From Styela clava (Eukaryota), in the NCBI RefSeq assembly GCF_964204865.1, contig NC_135253.1:3472001-3536000 (forward strand): a stretch of 64,000 nt of DNA, read 5' to 3'. The notes below the pieces were generated by a model. The model did not search any database and was not told the DNA's origin. It saw nothing but the letters and a program-made list of their open reading frames with translations. Below are positions 1-12,483 of this stretch, piece by piece. Positions within the stretch are counted from its first letter, which is position 1, and every line of letters starts with the position of its first letter. A program made the position numbers and the translations under genes.

Positions 1-493
1 TTTCGGATATTCGCTCAAAATTACCTTTGAGTCTCAAGTCCATAACCTCTGCTAGTTGGTCGAGTCAAAGTTCGAATCATTCCACTCGAGTAAAATGACT
101 GACTAAAGTCACACTAATACCGTTTGCCTGAAACGCAGTAACTTTTTAACTTCGCGTCTGTATATTTTGTCAGCTATCATTATGGTTTTATTCAATATTT
201 GGAAAGTAAGGCTGAAACTCACATGAAAAGTTACTGTTACGCACCATCTACTCATTTCATCTTTTTTGTGATTGCTGTAGAGTAGATGAAGATGAACAGC
301 ATTTGCAACCAATGTTATTATTGTTTGTTTCATCCTCATCTCATTACGTAACCATTGTTTCACTTTTATATATCAATTAATCAAATACTGTAAGAACGGA
401 TAAGAAATGACTGCATGGTAGAGAAACAATTACGATTGTTAATCTTAAATGAAAAGTATTAGTCTCTTGATTTGTATTTTTCCATATATGCAG

Positions 494-3400
494 ATAGACG
501 ATGAAAGAACTGGAGCGGTTGTTTTTCACTTCGATGGAATCGGTCCCAAAAATATGACACCGACAAGGTGAGTAATGTAACACAATAATTTCTGTGTCAT
601 GTTATTGGGTTCAATTATTGATATATTTTGTCAATGATGGTATGTGTGAATGATTTTACAAACTATTTGTATAATTTTGACGTTGAGTTGGAAACAAGTT
701 ATGTCTTTAAAATGAAATTGCTTTGAAATATTAACTTATTAAAGTGATAACGCATATGTTCTTGAGTTAGACTGATAATTACACTGTGTAACACAGTTTT
801 TGCTCCTGGCTTTTGATTGTTATTTACTATTTGATTGCCCCCCAAAAACTGAAGAAAAATTTTATCAATTTGGTTTTGTGAAAAGGGGGGTGGGATTTCC
901 CCAAAATCATTTTTTGTAATATAAAACATCGTAAAACTTTCATTATAACATTGTCTTGAATTGAAAAGAAATATTATCTAAATTTCCAACTATAGTTTTA
1001 GTCGATTTCACGAACAGGCCCTCATATGTAGTCACTGTCGTTCACATTGTACTATCATTGGTAACGGACGTTTACAATCCAACCGTGCCGCGTTACTGTG
1101 TAAAAAAGGCAAATTTTAAATGTAACATTGTCATCAGCTGGTACAGTTGTAGGGTGACATTTGATGTCGCCTTTGCTGTCAAGAAATTCAAATCTTTTTA
1201 GTCATTTTGGCCTGCTGTAGGGTGAAACTCTGTGTCTCTACTATCTTAATTTACTACTCAGTTGACCACTAAAGCTCTTTATATCTAAGGCTTAAACTTT
1301 ATGATATGCTATCTGGTTCTTAATCTGCCAATGACATTGCATAGACCGGTTTCCGACGTATTGATATATATATATATATAGTATATATTCTCGAATACAA
1401 ATGAACAGTTCAAAACAGACTGACAGCCAAAGAGAATCCAAATTGTTGCATGCCTAGCTGTTGTTGTTATTCTCTCTTTTTAGTTCATTCTCTTTCCGAA
1501 TCAGTGGTCATTTTATATACTTGTTTTGGTTTCCCGGGGGAAATAATTTCTAGTTAAAAAACGTTTTAAATGTCCAAATATCAACCAATGTTATCGAACC
1601 AACTATATTGTCACTCTCATAACCAACTTGTGCAATTCATATTTAACGGCCTTTATACCAGAATGCATTAATGATATTTTATTCTTTGTATTTAAAATTT
1701 ATGGAAAATCTGATTTTTAGTATAATGTGCAGAACGCATCATTAAATATATACTTCAAACATAAAAATTGAGGTTATCAAAACAGATATTCTATTTCAGG
1801 ATTGAACATCGTAGATACAAGTTGCAAAATTGCTTGTATTCTGCAGTCATAGGCACATTATTTGTAAGTTACAATGCGCTATAACGACGTCACACGATTG
1901 CGTCTTACTAATAAATTTAAATCTGGCTACGGCTAAAAAATGGAATCATGAGGGAATATTTACTCTTACTAACTTAATAATATCGTTTTTATATTCTGTA
2001 CTCGAAACTGATAAAAAATGACTTATGACACGCACCTTCGTTATTAGCGTAACGATTAGCTACATCCTCACTAAACATACCGTGTTATTTTTCTCGATTT
2101 CCATTTAGAAACCTAAGTCAACTTTACATATACTGGGACCTGGAATCGACTGCAAACCTTCGCAGCAGCAGAGGAGATACTTTAGAGTTCGAGGACAATT
2201 TTCAGTTTAATGCAACTATGACATACAGGTTAGGCTTATTGAACACAAAGTCGACTTATAGATTGTTGTGTTAATTCTTGTTCTTGCTCATGTTGTTGTA
2301 AAAAAATCGCTTTCACCACTAATCGACCAATCGATTATATAGCTTTCGTGCACAAGGTTTATTATGTCTTGTGCACACTTTCATATGACATTCAATAGGT
2401 TTTTTACCATTTGTCTGGAATTTTGCTACATCGTGGTACGCATATTAATGATTTGCCCTTCCAACCCAACAACAAATGTCACCTCAACAGAAACAACAAC
2501 AATCCATATGTATACCTATGACTTTGTCAAAACCTATATTTGTGCGAATCAGGTTTTTCTGATTTTGTTAGCGTCAAAACTGCCTCAAGTTTGACAGTGA
2601 CATTCGTCTGGCTATACAAATGACGGTCCCTAGAATTAGGAACCTCGTCAGACAATTCAAAGCGCAAGATACCCATTAGTTGTATACTGAAAAGCTTCGT
2701 CTTCCTTGTCGTTGGTTTGTTTTTGCATTCCATAAAAAGACGTAAAAACATACAATCCAACACGTTTAGTTTTTGGAATGACGTACAGAGGGGCCACGAG
2801 AGCAAAAAGGCGCCGGAAGGGGGACACGAACCATAAAAGGTTGAGAACCACTGCTCTACAAGATGGTGGTCTTGAAAACCTGAATTTTTCAATGATAAAA
2901 ATTTTAGCTGGAATATATTAATTTATAGAAGTTGAGAACAAAACAGACCTAAGTTCCGATTTGATGGACATTAGCCTTTTCGGCCCCGTATATCTGCAGT
3001 CAAAATCAAAATAGGCCGATTTTACACTTAAATTTAGGTTCAAATAATCCCAATAAACAAGAGGAAAAATAAATCTTATTGCCCTGATTGACTAATTAAT
3101 TAATTGGTATGCAGACAATTGATAATGAGTTAGACTGCAATCATACTAATAAGAAAAGTTTAGATGAAACAAAGATCTAGCTTGGAGGAATTTTGGTATT
3201 TAATCGGGCAGAACCTAGACGGATTGAACAGCTATAACTGTATATGCTTTAAAAAGTGCTCATTTTCAGCCTTCAAAATTTGAAAATGTGTTAGCTCATT
3301 TCATATTATTGAAGCAATATTCGGATTGGAATATGAACTACCCATGGGCCATGGTACAGAATTAAGTACTCCTGAAGTATGCGCACCAAGATGTCGCATA

Positions 3401-6400
3401 ACCTGAACCCTAACCTGGTACACAACCTGAGCCATCTTGGTGCGCATACTTCAGGAGTTCCGAAAATTTAATGAGCACCTAGAATCAAACTTTACATATA
3501 CAGAAAAAGGTTTTCCGTTCTGCTACATATTGTGGTAATGAACAAAGCAAATATAGTACAAATTTATCATATAAAAATAGATACTGCTAAAAGTTAGTTG
3601 GTGGTAGTTTGTATTCACTCTTTTTAATTGACAATTCAATTATTTCAGTTGCTGGAAATTCTTCAAATTTTCCCAAAAACAGTGACAATAAATCTCTCTG
3701 AGAGACAAACTAATATTTAGATCAATCCCTCGTGCTTTCGAAGATTGAAGGATTTGAATCAATCATTCTAGTGTTACGTTTACGACTTCGTAAGAATTGG
3801 TAAATTTTAAATATTAATTTTTTGTTTTGTAATATTAAGTTCTGTTGTATTGATTAAATACACAATACCCAAAACACAATAAGGGTGTGGCAAAACTGAA
3901 GTAGGTTAGTAATAATAGGTAGTAAGGGGTTAAGTTAACAGAGCGCAGGTCCTGATTATGAATGTAAGTTTTAGAATTTCTAAACTAAAATATTCGAATC
4001 AACATAAATTCGAATTGATTCGAAGCAAATCAGAAAATACGTCTAAAAAATCGGATAGAACGCTTTTTCGAATATTTTTCTTGCATTCTCAGCTTTTGAC
4101 AAACCATAACAATCTTGAGGTTGTAGTTATGGTTTCGCTCAATTTTTTTTCGACTAATCAAAAAATGTACTGGGTTTACAAATATATTTTTTATAAGCTT
4201 CCTTTTAGAACCTCAATTTAATAACATTGTGAGGTATTTATTCGTCATTCAACATAATTCTGCGATGTTTCACTTGAAGGCTTTCTCCCTATAAAATCAC
4301 AGCAAATTGATACTGAACCACATTTAACTGACTTGTATCAGAAAGAGCATTTGTACAAGAATTCTAAAAGTCAGTTCTAAAAGCAAATTATCATAATAAA
4401 CTCATTATTGTTTGCAAGAAAGGCTATGTGCTGTAAACTTACACCCATGCGAATTTGTTCAGTGCAACTTAGGCCTAGGAAGTCTTGTATTACAGCAGTC
4501 CATACAAAAAATTTCAAAACTTGTTGACAACGTCCTGGGCCTAAGTTCTTTACGGGGGTAAAAAAGTAGTAACGAATCAAATCTGAAGTATCAAAAAATA
4601 TTGATTACAAAGATATTCTCACCCACATAGAAATAAGAAGAGCTGAGTTCTGTACCAAGTGTGAATAAATTATGAAAATCAAAATTGTTTTTTTGCGCTT
4701 TCTCAAAACTCAAATTCGTTACTTAGGCTTGTTCTCATTCAGTGATATTTACAATGTACAAGTTATTGTTTACATAATTACTTAAATGTTACGTTAGTAT
4801 TTTATGCATTCTTTTGTACACCAGCAGAGAATGCTAATCAAATGATCCGGCTAATTTGAAGTGAGGTCGCTACGGGGCGGTGTCGAGGTCTAGTTGGCAC
4901 TTATAAGAATGCGCTAGGGATGGCGAACCTTTCTCAATGAATGGGTCAAAAATTATATTTTTATCGTGGAACAGAAGAGAGTGGGTCACAGATATTTAGT
5001 CAATGCTTGTATCTATAATAAACTTCTGAAACAAATCTTACAAGCTTTTATTGGTGTTGGTGTAGTTTTGGGCTTTATTTATGCAGCACTTTTCTCAGGT
5101 ACTTCTTATGGCACTCGATTTTATGAAATTAGAGTACGAAAACACGCATGTGAATTACCAAAAACGTGTAGAATCATGCGGAAAATTATTTTACGGCTCC
5201 AAAGAGTTTGGAGAAAATTCCATTCTGATATTGTTATATTTTTCGATCAAGGCACTTTTACACTGCCCCATTGTTATTTCAGATTACTAGATTTTTATTT
5301 CAAGTATGAAAGATTTCGTTTTCTCAACGCCATTGTAAGCGAGAAACTAATAAAATGCAAAGTAGCATCTAGTTCTTGTATAACCCCTAAAACAGTCCGC
5401 AGATACACTTCCGAAAGCGATAAGACGTTGCGAGAATTGAACAGATTAATTGCATTGTTATGTCATAAACGATGCAAATAGCCGAATAACGGTACATGGC
5501 GGTGCAGACATGCGTCCAAGATTAGGGGTTTTGAAAATTACCATACCGGCCCGAAAATTAACATTTTGTATATGAGCAATCGCAGCTCTTACTTCCCAAC
5601 TGACGGCACATTATAAAAGTTTAGTTATTGTTAGATTAATTTAAGGCCTGTTTCATCAATTTTTATATCACTGATATGATAGCATTTTTCGTGCCTTGGC
5701 GGGTCACGAATGAAACGCGGTGGGTCACTTTGTGACCCGCGCGTCAGTGGTTCGCCATCCCTGACATATACAAACACACACTCCTTATTGGAAATGCAAT
5801 TTTGTCAAGCTTGAAAAACTTCGTCATTATATTTTTATCTTTTTCAGAAGGGACTCGGATTTCTATCAAAGTTATGAACACAAATATGGTGTGACAAGAA
5901 TTATTGAAGAAAATACGCTCACACTAGAGGAACTGCTTGCGATGAAAACCAAGCATTCAGTCACATTCGTCTCAAACTGTCGTGCTAATGCTAGAGCGCG
6001 TTTTCGAATGAAAATGCTGGAGCATATAATACGATTAGGATTCAAACTGGAGGGATTCGGTGCATGCTTTTGGGGAAGTGGCAAGTTTGCAAATGGTAAC
6101 AGCCGAGACGAACCTGAATTCTATGCGGAAGTCAGAAAATATAAATTTCACTTTTCTTTTGAAAATTCCTATCACTGTAAAGACTACATTACTGAGAAGT
6201 TTTTCAACAATGCTCTCAGATCCTTTACTGTTCCTGTTGTCTGGGGTGCGACGAGGGAGGATTATGAAGCAGTCGCACCACCTGGATCATTTATATTTGT
6301 TGAAGACTTTGATTCCGTGGAGGCTTTAGCCGATTATCTTAATTATTTAGACAAAAACGATACGGCATATTTAGAATACCTCAAGTAAGTAAACCATCCT

Positions 6401-6921
6401 GGTTTCGTAATATTTCTAGCCTAATAATTCAAATTCGATCGTAGTTTGAAGATGATGCCATGTTAAGGAATGCTAGTACAATATATGGTGGCCTCGTTTA
6501 ACATTGTCACTGTTAACAAATTAGTTTCGTGCATTTTTACTAGAAAACTCAAAAGAATCCTTGCATTTTATCGCATTTGATTTTGTTTCGCTTTTATTTA
6601 AATTAGTTCGCCTGTTAATTCAGGGGGAATTTTTTGTGTTAAATAAATGGCTGGTATATTCTGCAACTATAAAAATTGTACGTTTACAGGTGGTTGACAA
6701 TGAAGCCAAGAGATATGCCTCACTACGGAAGAGCAAGACATTGGTGTTCGATATGCAGAGCTCTACATGGAATTAACATTGACGACATCTACAGTCCAAA
6801 ATACAACAAGACTAACCCAATTAGACCATTATTTACAGACGGCGTCGCAACGAGGACTGTCGAGCACTTAAAAGACTGGTATTACGGAGAAGATAATCCC
6901 GAGTGTTTTTCGAAATATTGA
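494..6921 (+). CDS. GT10 alpha-1,3/4-fucosyltransferase, copy A (5'-partial; first two coding exons upstream of window)
   Basis: Phase-compatible GT-AG exons 494-567 (IDDERTGAVVFHFDG), 2109-2228 (LYIYWDLES...FNATMTYR), 5848-6384 (RDSDF...VSNC...YKFHFSFENSYHCKDYITEKFF, the GT10 motif) and 6690-6921 (stop TGA). Exon boundaries match copy B. Confidence 0.93.
3368..3458. mobile_element. ~90-bp palindromic mini-element (MITE-like)
   Basis: Perfect 26-bp inverted repeat actcctgaagtatgcgcaccaagatg (3368-3393 / 3433-3458) around an aaccctaacc-containing loop. Related copies at ~20506-20578, ~37153-37253 and partial ~57017-57060. Confidence 0.75.
4915..5763. mobile_element. hAT-like non-autonomous DNA transposon in FUT A intron
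   Basis: Terminal inverted repeats tagggatggcgaacc / ggttcgccatccctg. No matching TSD recognisable. Confidence 0.6.
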
Positions 6922-7345
6922 CAATCAGATAATTAGCGGAATTCGGTCTTATAATTCCAGGATAAGCGTTCATCCTTTGATTACTCATTGTCCTTGTACA
7001 TTCTATGTAGCGGGCCGATTGTGCAGTCGATACTATTTTTGCTCACACTGAATGCTGTTCACCTCGGACAATAAATGAGCAAAAACCTTACCTATTTTTT
7101 GTCGACATATACAAATATTTGCAATATTCAAGTGGACGTGACTACAGATTCCATATTCCTTGTTTTTCAGATTCAATACGAACAAAACTAAGTTCATTTT
7201 ATAGGTCAGATCGCGATGCCACTGCTCTACTCCTGTTTATATCGTTTACTGGGTTAAAATTTTGAAATTCGTTTTTCCTCTTGAGAAACCGCTAATACAT
7301 GAACCAAGAATACGCCGATAGAAGAAAGAAATTTATAATATAAAT

Positions 7346-8081
7346 CAGGGGTGTGCAACTTTTCTTACAGTTGGACCAGATACGAGTAAGTAGGTGGAGC
7401 CGCGGGCCGCACCCAACTTTTGCCGCCTCCTCCCACTATCCACGGTCTTTGTTTAGCGTAGCCGAGTCGCCCAACTCAAAGATAAAAAACCTACCGTTAT
7501 TAGTTTGTATTCGGTATTTCTCTGTTCTTTTGATGTGTACCTTTTCTATTTACTACGCAGTAACCTAATTTTAACGAGTTTTGTGGGGGCTTTGAATGGA
7601 TTACATTAGGACATTTACTGGTAAAATGTGTCCCTACTTACGAAATGTTGTATCTACAAAGGGGCTTCCGAAACGAGTTAATTTTGTAGGTAGAGTTTCT
7701 ACTGTAGTGGCGAGCACAATTTTTTTTGTTATTGACCTTACGGCATTGTTGAAGGGTTCTTTTAGAAATGTTGAGTTGAAACGCATAAATGTTGAAAAAA
7801 AACAGCTATTCGAATTTATTGTCACACCGACGTTAAACGAATTCAGTGAGATGTTTTTATAACATAGTGTATTTTGCAACAAGATTTTGATAGCTTGTTT
7901 TACTACTATGTTAGTGGCACTCAGGCACTGGTATAGGCTTCGCGATGCAAAGAGATTGGAATTGCTCGCACGTACCAGAACAACTAAACAACAACTCTTT
8001 AGGCGGGCACACTATTCAGAATCGCCACTTCCCCGCGTGCCGCGCAATTTTTCTGTGCGGGCCGCAGTTTGCTCACTCCTG
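7346..8081. mobile_element. hAT (Charlie-like) non-autonomous element
   Basis: TIRs caggggtgtgcaact / agtttgctcactcctg, subterminal gcgggccgc motifs, degenerate 8-bp TSD atataaat / atgaaaat. Confidence 0.65.
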
Positions 8082-11000
8082 ATGAAAATGATAAATACTA
8101 GAGTGTTTCACATGTGAAAGCAGGTCAAATGATCACTTTTGTATGCATATCGTAATTTCGACAGAATTCACTCTCGACTCCTGGGAGATTGAGAATGCGA
8201 CTCTACCTGAAGTAACTAAATTTGATCTCATTACCGCCACGTATTTGAATGTATAACATTAAGGCGTCAATGAAAGTTAGACGGAATCAAAAATTGAATA
8301 GCGAATATCACTGGCTTTTTATTGGCAACCAAATTGGATATTTTTTCTCACCGACAAAATGTTGCGTCGCTGTGTCTATTCTAAATAGCTATATAGCATT
8401 ATCTTCTTCGATCCTTTTTGACTTTTAGTCGTCAAACTCGGTAATCTTTCATCTGTTCACTGTCAGTGTGTCAGACGAGAAAAAACCGTTATGCCCAAAG
8501 TTTTTTTTATTTTTGAAGAATTCCTGTTTCGTGGAGTTCGCTACCTCATGGTTGTTTCGTGCAATCGGTATTTACTGCACGCGTAATTTCTACGCTATTA
8601 TACGTTGTAGTCTCATTAGCTCTATTCTATTGGTGCGGGCGGGCTAAAATGAAGATTAAATTGAGTAATTTGCCGGACTATAAACACGTTTTAATTTGCA
8701 ATGAGAATTTTTGTTTGAGTGCGCACCAACCTGCATGCCGGTTGTTAGTTCAGTTTCAAAAACCAATAGCGTTGTATATTTAATTACGATTAATAGCAAT
8801 ACAAGGGGGGATCTTACTTGAAACACATAATAATAATTATCACAATATAGTTTTGGTCGAAACGTTACAGAACTCAAATGGGAAAACATTTTCCGGATTT
8901 TAATTTCAGATATATTACTGCTGTTTCTCTATTTTTGCAGTATAATCTTTGGTCTGGCGTATTCTAAATGAAGTGTGTTTTAGGGGGTAAACATATAATA
9001 TAACTGAAACGTTTCATACATAAAACGCACAAAGAGTACTGCCCGTATCAGCACAAGTATGTAGACTACTGATTCCGAGAAGACTACCCAGCACGCTATT
9101 ATAATATGTATACCTAGTCCTAGAGTTTTGTTTTTGCCCTATAAATATATATATATATATGTCCTCTGAGCCTAACTATATACGATTTCGTAATAATACA
9201 TTATTGGGCGTCATTGTTTCAAAGTAAAGACAAGGATAAAATTGGCGTAAATCTGAATTTATATCCTATATGTAACGTGATATATATAGCTTGTGCAACA
9301 ATGGCGTGCATCAACATTTATAAATGAGATTCCGCTACTCAAGAATGTGTCGGTATTGCAGTGGTATCCACCGGGCCGCGAGAATTGCCCCACGGCTCTT
9401 GCTAACAAACACCAAATTTGAGGAGTCATATTTGGGTATTGTTTCAATTTTTAATTTTGCATGAAGCGCGCCAGCACCATTTCGTATAATTGAAAATGTC
9501 ATACAAGTAACAAATTGTTGTGCGAATTTTTTTTTAAATTTTACCAAGGAATAAGATCAAAGCCGGCACAAAAGATAAAAATCGGAATAAAATCCCAAAT
9601 TCATTGCCTAATAACTGAAACTGAAGCCGTTACGATTGTGTCTCCCTCACATTCGTTCACAAATTGCAGCAGTGGTAAAGAAGCACCTAGCACAACAATT
9701 ACATGCATCATTATAATTCTATACCTGTCACTAAATACAGGGGATGTTTTGTTTACTTGAATAAAATTCCCGTTCATCTGATCTTCTATATTATTATTAT
9801 TTTATACCAAAATGGCATTATAAGTAGGAAATGTTGGGTTTTGTGATAGGTGTGATGCGAATATTTGAAGTGCTCAATAGTGTGCCGCGATATAAAAAAA
9901 AAACTTTGGGAACCACTGCGGTATTATGATCAAAAAGAAAGAAATGACAAGATTGGGGTAATCGATTATACTTATAATTGACAAATGTGGTCTTGAGTCC
10001 TACAACCTTGCAAAGAAATAGCGAAAACGGATTGAATGCATGTGCAATCTTTAGTTTTAAATAATTCAATTACACCCCGAAAAGGAATGCGGAGTATGTT
10101 GATCCTATATCTCGGTCGATTCCTGATATCGATTGATGATATCCATCCAGCGCGATTCAGTTATAGGGATAAGACGAGGAAATTCGCAGGTTGGCTTACT
10201 TCTACTGCTGGTTACGCTGCAGAATTATTTGTATTTCAATTATGGTATATTTATTGATACGCTCCATTGGAATTCTAACCGCTTTACTTTACGTCATATA
10301 CACTTCTCCATTTTTTTTGAAGTAGATAAGTGTTCGTCTACCATCACTGTCATCCGTGAGTATATGCTACAGAAAGACAAATTTTTTATTCGGTCTCTCT
10401 TTAGATAAATTGTATAACTGGATTCATATATCTAGATTTAGCATTGAGAAATATAATTGGACTTCAGTTTGCTTGATCGCGCCTAGCGAGTTTCCATGAA
10501 AATGTCATGCACATGGAAGTCTTAATTTGTAAAATATTTATGTAGTCTGCCGCCCTTTTCGTGAAATTCATTTGCATTTTAGAAGGTTGTGTGTTACTTA
10601 TAATAATATCTTAGCCGGTCTGTTCAGTTAAGTTAGTGTGCAGAACGACTCTTATGAAGATCCACTGGCACAAGGGCGGAGAGTCAATGTGGGATTGTAG
10701 GTGGTTAATGTCACAAACAAAGACGATTATATTTAGGCACTCATAATCTAAACTTTTCGTGACTAACAGTTTCCGTTTTATAACGCGTGACCTAATTATT
10801 TTGCCATTATCCGTTATGCTGCGAGAGAATTATTATTTGCTTTTCACCCCTAGTCATAGCTTACATCTCACACCTGAAAAGGATTGCCAGTAGTTATGGA
10901 ACTGCGACACTGATATTGCGTTTTCAGTGATATTTGGATATAGTAAAAGTCGTGAAAACGTCAAGTTTGGTGTTTCGGACTATACAAATTTCAAGCTCAG

Positions 11001-12483
11001 CAAACCACACAGACACTCCGGGGATAATACCGTATATATGACTACTATAAGGATATTACTATTTGTAATACATGTTTTACAAACATTTGCTAGATTTAGG
11101 GTTACCATATTTTTGTGACTTCAAAGCGGGACGCCTCCAAAGACAACGACCCCTTAGCTGTGATTTTGTGACTTTACATTTTCCAATTACTGCATAGGCC
11201 TACATTTAAAGCCATCCCGACTGTCTTCATTGACCTTATTGCTATCGAGAGTTCATGCGCACATTCTCTGTCCAAATATCGGGTTCAGTTCGAAAAATAG
11301 AAAGGAATTGACATTAATGATACAAATAATTCGAATTTAGATTTTTTTATGTACAGCAAAAGGAAGAAAGATACCCTGCCGTTTTCAAGCATTGAGAATT
11401 TACTTATTCGCCCAAGCATGCTTTTCTGTAGATAGCGCCTTCGTCAAAAAGACTATATTCAGTGTTACATTCATGTAAACGTCAGAACAAGACCAATTAC
11501 TATTGATTTTACATGTGATACGTTACGGGAAACAACGTAACAAACAAAATAACGCATTTACCTCCAGCAAGTGGGCTAGCGCTGCGCTGCACTGCACAGG
11601 AACAACAGTAACGAAAACATGTTAATTGGTAATGTTCAACATGCTACAAAGCGGGACGTATGGTAAGCCTAGCTATATTGATCATGCGGAATTTGTCGTT
11701 GATGCGAGATTGATCATAAGAATAAATTGAATAATTCAGCATGCATTCGATTATATTTTTTGTAAAATCAATATACCAGGACCAGCAATTGTACGGCTAA
11801 AAGGAAATGCGTGCTGACTTCCTTCAATGTAGGCGTAAAGTTCGTCTATATTTTTACAATATAAAAGAATGAGCTAAAACTTTATTTGATCTTTGTTCTA
11901 GTCTTGCGCAACATTAAATTTATTTTTGCGCATTGAAACTCTAACATTTTTAAAGTGTAGCCGTTACCTCTATCTATTTTCGTCGGAAACCGGCCTAACA
12001 CACACGCACTAACGAAATATTATTGCTGGAGCTACTGTTGGCTGGCGTTACAACTATTGTGATTCTGTCTTTCTATACACAGAGTTGTTTTTGCTATTAC
12101 ATAGCGAATGAAGCGAAGCGAAGTCGTCCTAATGTATTTGAGTGTGAGCTCTTCAGGTTCTACGTTTGTCTCGCATGAATGATCTACTTTTTCAATACAA
12201 TGGACCCGGCCTTCTTCTATCGACTGTATTTACTTTAGGTACTGTACGAGGCGAGAATGGCTAGCTTTGGTAGGAAACACTTGTCTGAATAAAGCAAGAT
12301 TGTTTGTTGAGCGAGGTTATCTGTAATGGAGTTGGTAGATAAAGCGTAATTTGTGTTTGGGTTTGAATTATTAATTGAGTAGTTTCCCCTGTTAGGCCTG
12401 TTTTATTCCGCTGAAAACAAAAATTTATATTTACTCTTGTTTTCTTATTACGATATTGTTTTATCTTGGGTTAAACGTAAGCT

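Noticed and set aside
2700-2853. hAT element ending aaggttgagaaccactg
   Set aside because: Only one terminus found, so boundaries cannot be supported.
4966-5481. 171-aa ORF in FUT A intron
   Set aside because: Lies inside a non-autonomous hAT-like element and has no recognisable domain.
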